Shown piece after piece: positions 6,514 through 10,475 of a stretch of 10,475 nt of DNA (position 1 is its first letter; each line of letters begins with the position of its first letter). Location: positions 1 through 10,475 of the forward strand of contig JBGSTX010000263.1 of assembly GCA_041736305.1 (NCBI GenBank). The letters run 5' to 3'. The notes under the pieces are model-generated. The model did no database searches. It had not been told where the DNA came from and was given only the letters and a program-made list of their open reading frames with translations. The DNA comes from Oligoflexus sp. (GTDB taxonomy: Bacteria > Bdellovibrionota_B > Oligoflexia > Oligoflexales > Oligoflexaceae). Both the position numbers and the translations under genes were made by a program.

Positions 6514-7254
6514 TTAGTTGTAGAGGCTGGGGCTGCTGGGCCGCCGTGCCGATCGCGGTGGCTGACGAGTTTTGCGATGGGCAACCAGCAAAAGACTGCG
6601 GGGCGTTTCGCCATTGTTGGCGAATCTACCCGTCGTGAGATCGACTTGACCTAAATGCTCCCCAGCCTGCAGCTCGCGTCCGTTGCAAAACAGACCGCTG
6701 CTAGCAGGCAGAGCCGCTTCAATCTGCCAATCTCCAAAGTCAAGATTCAGTTCCGATTGCGGAGCGCAAACCAGCGAGAAAATAGCGGCTTCCGGTGCGG
6801 CGAAGAGCAGTCCATCGATGAGAGCTGCCGTCGGCTTAAGAAAGACCTCTTCTCGCTTTCTAAAAATGCGAATGGACGGCATGGCCACACCAGCAAGAGC
6901 TTCAGGCTTGATAATCTCCAGCTCGAGTGCCTCGATGCGAGCATGAGGTTTATCGATAGGTGCTGGCGCTAAGACATAACTTGCCAGAGCTTCGGCAGCA
7001 GATTCCAGCAGTCGAAAGCGGGCATGCGTGAGAATAAAACTTAGTTCACGTGCGAGAGCCGCATAGTCGACCGATTTTTGCAGGCGTCCGCTGAGAGCGG
7101 CTGGACGCGTATCGAGATGAAGGACGAGGTTGAGCCGCAGCAGCTGAGGGCTGATCTCTTCTTCTGGATGAATACCGATCATGCAACGCACCTGCAGCTC
7201 CTGCAGGCGAATTTCATCCAAAATGCGCTCACCATCGGGAAATCTTGTCGGCAT
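6514..7254 (-). CDS. folB: Dihydroneopterin aldolase with a C-terminal extension of about 110 aa
   Basis: FolB motifs DEIRLQEL...IGIHPEE...Q, SVDYA, FRLLESAAE and IIKP. AAGGAG SD upstream of 7254. Confidence 0.85.
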   Translation of the reverse strand: MPTRFPDGERILDEIRLQELQVRCMIGIHPEEEISPQLLRLNLVLHLDTRPAALSGRLQKSVDYAALARELSFILTHARFRLLESAAEALASYVLAPAPIDKPHARIEALELEIIKPEALAGVAMPSIRIFRKREEVFLKPTAALIDGLLFAAPEAAIFSLVCAPQSELNLDFGDWQIEAALPASSGLFCNGRELQAGEHLGQVDLTTGRFANNGETPRSLLLVAHRKTRQPPRSARRPSSPSLYN

Positions 7255-7324
7255 TGCTGGTCTCCTTGCGCTCCGGTTTTAATATGAGAAGGAGCGAATG
7301 GCAATGAATCCTTCGACCTGCTGT

Positions 7325-7353
7325 TTCGCTTTTCATGGCGAGATGCCTATGGT
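7325..7353 (+). promoter_or_regulatory. Weak candidate sigma70 promoter for cmoAB, in the folB/cmoA divergent gap
   Basis: TTCGCT (7325-7330)-17 nt-TATGGT (7348-7353); only a partial consensus match. Confidence 0.25.
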
Positions 7354-7396
7354 AGCGTCGCCGGCCTGTCTTAAGCTTCCCTTTGGAGGTGCCGCA

Positions 7397-8161
7397 ATGG
7401 AAAAAGCTTCCGACCACGGCCTTAAACTATTAGGTCATAATGACGCTATCTTTGCCGGTCAGCAGTATCCGAAGCCCTTCAGCTTCAATCACGAGGTGGC
7501 TGCCGTCTTTGATGATATGGTGCAGCGCTCTATACCCCTCTACTGTGACGTGACCCGCTATGCGGCTGATCTCAGCCGACATTTCTATCAGGAAGGCACA
7601 GCCATTGTCGACATTGGCTGCTCAACGGGCACCACAACCCACCATATGGGTTGGCAGCTTGACGCTCCGGCCCGGTTTATCGGCATCGATAAGTCAGCTG
7701 CCATGATCGCAAGGGCCCGTGAGAAGCTGGCAGACTTTCCCCAGCGCCACAGTCTAGATCTGGTCTGCGATGACATTATGGCGGTAGAGCTGCCGCCGTC
7801 CTCGGTCGTCATTATCAACTATACGCTCCAGTTCCTCCCCGTAGCCGATAGACGCCTGCTTTTGCAGCGAATCTACCAGGCCTTGCTACCTAACGGAGTG
7901 CTTTTGATCAGCGAGAAAGTCCGTTCCTCGACTCCGGTGCTCCAGGAAATGACCACGCTTATCTACGAGCGCTTCAAGGAAGCTCAAGGCTACAGCCGCA
8001 CAGAAATCGAAAGAAAAAAAGAAGCGCTCGATCAGGTCTTGATTCCCTTTAGCGAAGACGAGCACAGAAAGCATCTCAAGGCCGTGGGATTCGAGAGCGT
8101 CGAGTCGTTGATCAAGTGGAACAACTTTCTCACTCTGATAGCTTTGAAGGTTTACCCGTGA
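7397..8161 (+). CDS. cmoA: Carboxy-S-adenosyl-L-methionine synthase
   Basis: Motifs FSFNHEVAAVFDDMVQRSIPLY, DIGCSTG, NYTLQFL, SEK and GYSxxEI. Start reassigned to ATG 7397 (GGAGGT SD). Adjacent to cmoB. Confidence 0.93.
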   Translation: MEKASDHGLKLLGHNDAIFAGQQYPKPFSFNHEVAAVFDDMVQRSIPLYCDVTRYAADLSRHFYQEGTAIVDIGCSTGTTTHHMGWQLDAPARFIGIDKSAAMIARAREKLADFPQRHSLDLVCDDIMAVELPPSSVVIINYTLQFLPVADRRLLLQRIYQALLPNGVLLISEKVRSSTPVLQEMTTLIYERFKEAQGYSRTEIERKKEALDQVLIPFSEDEHRKHLKAVGFESVESLIKWNNFLTLIALKVYP

Positions 8162-9114
8162 GCGATAATTGGTTGGATCTACTAGGGCCCAAAGCGCGAC
8201 GCGAAGAGCTCGCGAGCCTGACTGCGGAGCGTGAAGGAGCCCTTGCCGAAGCGCGTTGGGCCCCGCTGCGTGAACTCCTGGCGAGACTATCCGATATCAA
8301 AGCGAGTTCTGTCGATATCGACCGGGCTTCCATCTCAATTGGGCAACCTATTGATCTCAATGAAGAGCAAAGCCAGCGGCTAAGAGCTGCTCTAGAAGAG
8401 CTGCGGCCTTGGAAAAAAGGCCCTTTTTCCCTATTTGGGATCGATATAGATGCCGAGTGGCGCTCAGACCTCAAGTGGAATCGTTTAGCGGACGCGGTCG
8501 GATCGCTAGAAGGTCAGCTGGTCGCCGACATCGGTTGCCACAACGGCTACTTCATGTATCGCATGCTCGCCCATGGAGCCCGAGCTGTGGTGGGCTTTGA
8601 GCCTTACGCCCGCCTTCGCTTTGTCTTCGACCTCTTGCAAGGCTTTCATCGCTTCGAGCCGCTGCACTTTTCACTCTTGGGTGTTGAGCACTTCGATCTC
8701 TGCGAAGAGAGTTTCGACACTATATTCTGTCTCGGCATCCTCTATCATCACACCGATCCCGTCGGGCTACTCAGGAAACTGCGGCGGGCCTTGCGCCCGG
8801 GAGCTCGGCTCTTTGTTGACTGTCAGGGCATACCAGGGACCGAATCGCTGGCCTTAGTTCCCGAAGGACGCTACGCGGGTGCGAGCGGAATCTGGTTTTT
8901 GCCTACTCTCAGCGCGCTCCGGAGCTGGGCTAAGCGCTCGGGATTTTCCCGGATCGAAACTATTTTTTCTGAGCCTTTGAGCGTCGTTGAGCAAAGACCA
9001 ACGGCGTGGGCTGCGGTCGATAGTCTCGAACACTTCCTCGATCCTACTGACAGCAGTCGGACCATTGAGGGCTATCCTGCCCCCTGGCGCCACTATGTTC
9101 TTTTAAAAGCCTAA
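8158..9114 (+). CDS. cmoB: tRNA U34 carboxymethyltransferase
   Basis: Motifs PWKKGPF, IDAEWRSDLKWNR, DIGCHNGY, FCLGILYH, P-x-GRYA and TIEGYPAP. GTG 8158 overlaps the cmoA TGA. Confidence 0.95.
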   Translation: MSDNWLDLLGPKARREELASLTAEREGALAEARWAPLRELLARLSDIKASSVDIDRASISIGQPIDLNEEQSQRLRAALEELRPWKKGPFSLFGIDIDAEWRSDLKWNRLADAVGSLEGQLVADIGCHNGYFMYRMLAHGARAVVGFEPYARLRFVFDLLQGFHRFEPLHFSLLGVEHFDLCEESFDTIFCLGILYHHTDPVGLLRKLRRALRPGARLFVDCQGIPGTESLALVPEGRYAGASGIWFLPTLSALRSWAKRSGFSRIETIFSEPLSVVEQRPTAWAAVDSLEHFLDPTDSSRTIEGYPAPWRHYVLLKA

Positions 9115-9134
9115 ATCTCCGTCTGCGCCCTGAC

Positions 9135-9155
9135 TTCCCCTTCTGAGGAAGGGAA
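9135..9155. terminator. Possible hairpin/terminator between convergent cmoB and ddl
   Basis: TTCCCCTTC-TGAG-GAAGGGAA forms an 8-bp stem with a one-base bulge. There is no clear U-tract. Confidence 0.4.
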
Positions 9156-9159
9156 CTGA

Positions 9160-10248
9160 TTAAACAGAGCGATGCAGGCGAGCTTTATGCCGATGCCTCG
9201 ATATAGCGAGTTCGAGCAATTCGGCTATGAGCTGAGTCGGCTTGTAGCCGCTGTTCTCCCACAGTTGAGGATACTGCGAGATCGAGGTAAAGCCCGGTAG
9301 CGTATTGGCTTCGTTGAAATAGAATTTTTGATCTTTCCGCGTGAGAAAGAGATCGATACGAGCCATTCCATAAAGATTGAGGGCACGAAAAATGCGTCGG
9401 GCCAAATCTTTCCCCTGCTCAGCGAGTCCTTCGTCGAGATCGGCTGGGACCTTGACTTCGGCCTTGCTGTAATTGGAATACTTTTCCTCATAAGAATAGA
9501 ACCCGCTTGGAACGCCTATTTCCCCAGGCTTACTGATCTTGGGGTCATAGCCGCCTAGACATGCGTATTCAATCTCTCGTACATCGAAACCGGTCTCGAC
9601 CAAAACTCTTTCGTCAAAGCTTAGTGCATACGCGATGGCGTCGAGTAGAACAGCCTTGTCGTTGACTTTACGAATACCGACCGACGAACCGAGACTGGCA
9701 GGCTTAACGAAGAGAGGGAAGACAAGTTCCCGGCTGATTTCTTGAGTGATAGCTTCCCGATGTTTAGACCAATCCTCAGCGCGGAAAGCTACGTAGGGAA
9801 CTATCCCTACGCCGGCAGCTGCGACCAGTTGCTTGGCAACGACCTTATCCATCGCCACGGCGGAGCCTAAAGTTCCCGGGCCCACATAGGCTATGCCTTG
9901 CATATCGAGAAAGCCTTGCGCACTCCCGTCTTCGCCATAAGTGCCGTGCAGTATATTGAACACTACCAGCTCGTCCTTGCGTCCGCCGCTCTCGAAAATG
10001 TGCTGCAAGAGTTTGCGGCTGGCTTCATCGGCATCATCCGGACTGCCAACGGGCATCATATCCGGCTTGCTCTCTTCGAGCTTTTGCCGGTTTTGAGGGA
10101 TCCACTGCCCACTCTTATCGATAGCTATGGCATAGACATCAAAGAGACTGCGGTCGATGTGACGAAAGATATAGGACGCGCTTCGGCAGGAAATTTCATG
10201 TTCGGTAGAACGTCCTCCATAGAGAACCACAGCCTTCATCTTACTCAT
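9160..10248 (-). CDS. ddl: D-alanine--D-alanine ligase
   Basis: Motifs GGRSTEHEIS, LHGTYGEDG, MDK, VKP-x2-LGSSVG, FYSYEEKY, ARIDLF and NEANTLPGFT. Start reassigned to ATG 10248 (GAGGGG SD). Confidence 0.96.
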   Translation of the reverse strand: MSKMKAVVLYGGRSTEHEISCRSASYIFRHIDRSLFDVYAIAIDKSGQWIPQNRQKLEESKPDMMPVGSPDDADEASRKLLQHIFESGGRKDELVVFNILHGTYGEDGSAQGFLDMQGIAYVGPGTLGSAVAMDKVVAKQLVAAAGVGIVPYVAFRAEDWSKHREAITQEISRELVFPLFVKPASLGSSVGIRKVNDKAVLLDAIAYALSFDERVLVETGFDVREIEYACLGGYDPKISKPGEIGVPSGFYSYEEKYSNYSKAEVKVPADLDEGLAEQGKDLARRIFRALNLYGMARIDLFLTRKDQKFYFNEANTLPGFTSISQYPQLWENSGYKPTQLIAELLELAISRHRHKARLHRSV

Positions 10249-10374
10249 ACTACCCCTCTTATGTGCGCTCAAACCTCATCCTAACAGAGAAACGAGAGAG
10301 GTTAAAAGCGAAAGCCTTAAGCTTCTGTGTAAGATCACAGAGCCTAGGCTGGGTCCTTATGGCTGATTGGGTTT

Positions 10375-10473
10375 TTACCTAATCGAAAGGTCGAAACTTG
10401 GCTCGCTCATCTGCTCGCCGTTGATCGTATTGCCCCATTCTACTTTGACAGTAACAACAATGCTTTTCGCTTG
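10375..10473 (-). CDS. 3' end of an unidentified gene (partial, runs off the right edge)
   Basis: Open minus-strand frame QAKSIVVTVKVEWGNTINGEQMSEPSFDLSIR* ending in TAA at 10377-10375. It looks protein-like, but the family was not recognised. Confidence 0.5.
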   Translation of the reverse strand, partial: QAKSIVVTVKVEWGNTINGEQMSEPSFDLSIR

Positions 10474-10475
10474 AT

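Noticed and set aside
328-7254. Pterin-pathway link between the MJ0619-like radical SAM (legacy annotation: 7,8-dihydro-6-hydroxymethylpterin dimethyltransferase) and folB, which makes that pterin
   Set aside because: They are in separate transcription units about 4.8 kb apart with different GC. The MJ0619 family was later shown to act on lipids, and the immediate partner here is Lgt-like. Probably coincidence.
9160-10248. Vancomycin-resistance D-Ala-D-Lac ligase
   Set aside because: The omega loop reads FYSYEEKY with Tyr, typical of D-Ala-D-Ala ligases, and no vanH, vanX or vanRS genes are adjacent.
292-10284. Short alternative-frame or antisense ORFs (e.g. 292-558, 779-1114, 4348-4638, 5058-5375, 6655-6972, 8130-8474, 9898-10284)
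   Set aside because: They lie within or opposite well-supported genes and show no recognisable motifs; treated as shadow ORFs.
1-10475. CRISPR array, tRNA/rRNA, IS element or integrase
   Set aside because: No periodic repeats, cloverleaf or transposase/recombinase motifs were seen, and the intergenic gaps are all under about 180 bp.

Overview
Bacterial chromosomal window. The gene styles suggest a Gram-negative organism, possibly Bdellovibrionota/Oligoflexia-like, which is an inference only. The left part begins with the 3' end of an OmpA/MotB-family gene and its intrinsic terminator. It continues with a lower-GC accessory block: a translationally coupled minus-strand operon (Cys-rich exported protein with a possible atypical lipobox, a divergent Lgt paralog, and a Tes/GDGT-MAS (MJ0619)-like radical SAM enzyme), a divergent outer-membrane beta-barrel gene, and a secreted protein with a putative degenerate beta/gamma-crystallin domain. 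The right part is higher-GC housekeeping DNA: folB (with a C-terminal extension), an RsmB/NOP2 m5C methyltransferase and a YkgJ CxxxCxxCC protein on the minus strand, divergent from cmoA-cmoB, then ddl and the 3' end of an unknown gene. The most interesting candidate is the Lgt-paralog/Tes-like radical SAM/putative substrate operon, which may be an uncharacterised lipid or lipoprotein tailoring system. All family assignments are by-eye motif recognition; no searches were run.
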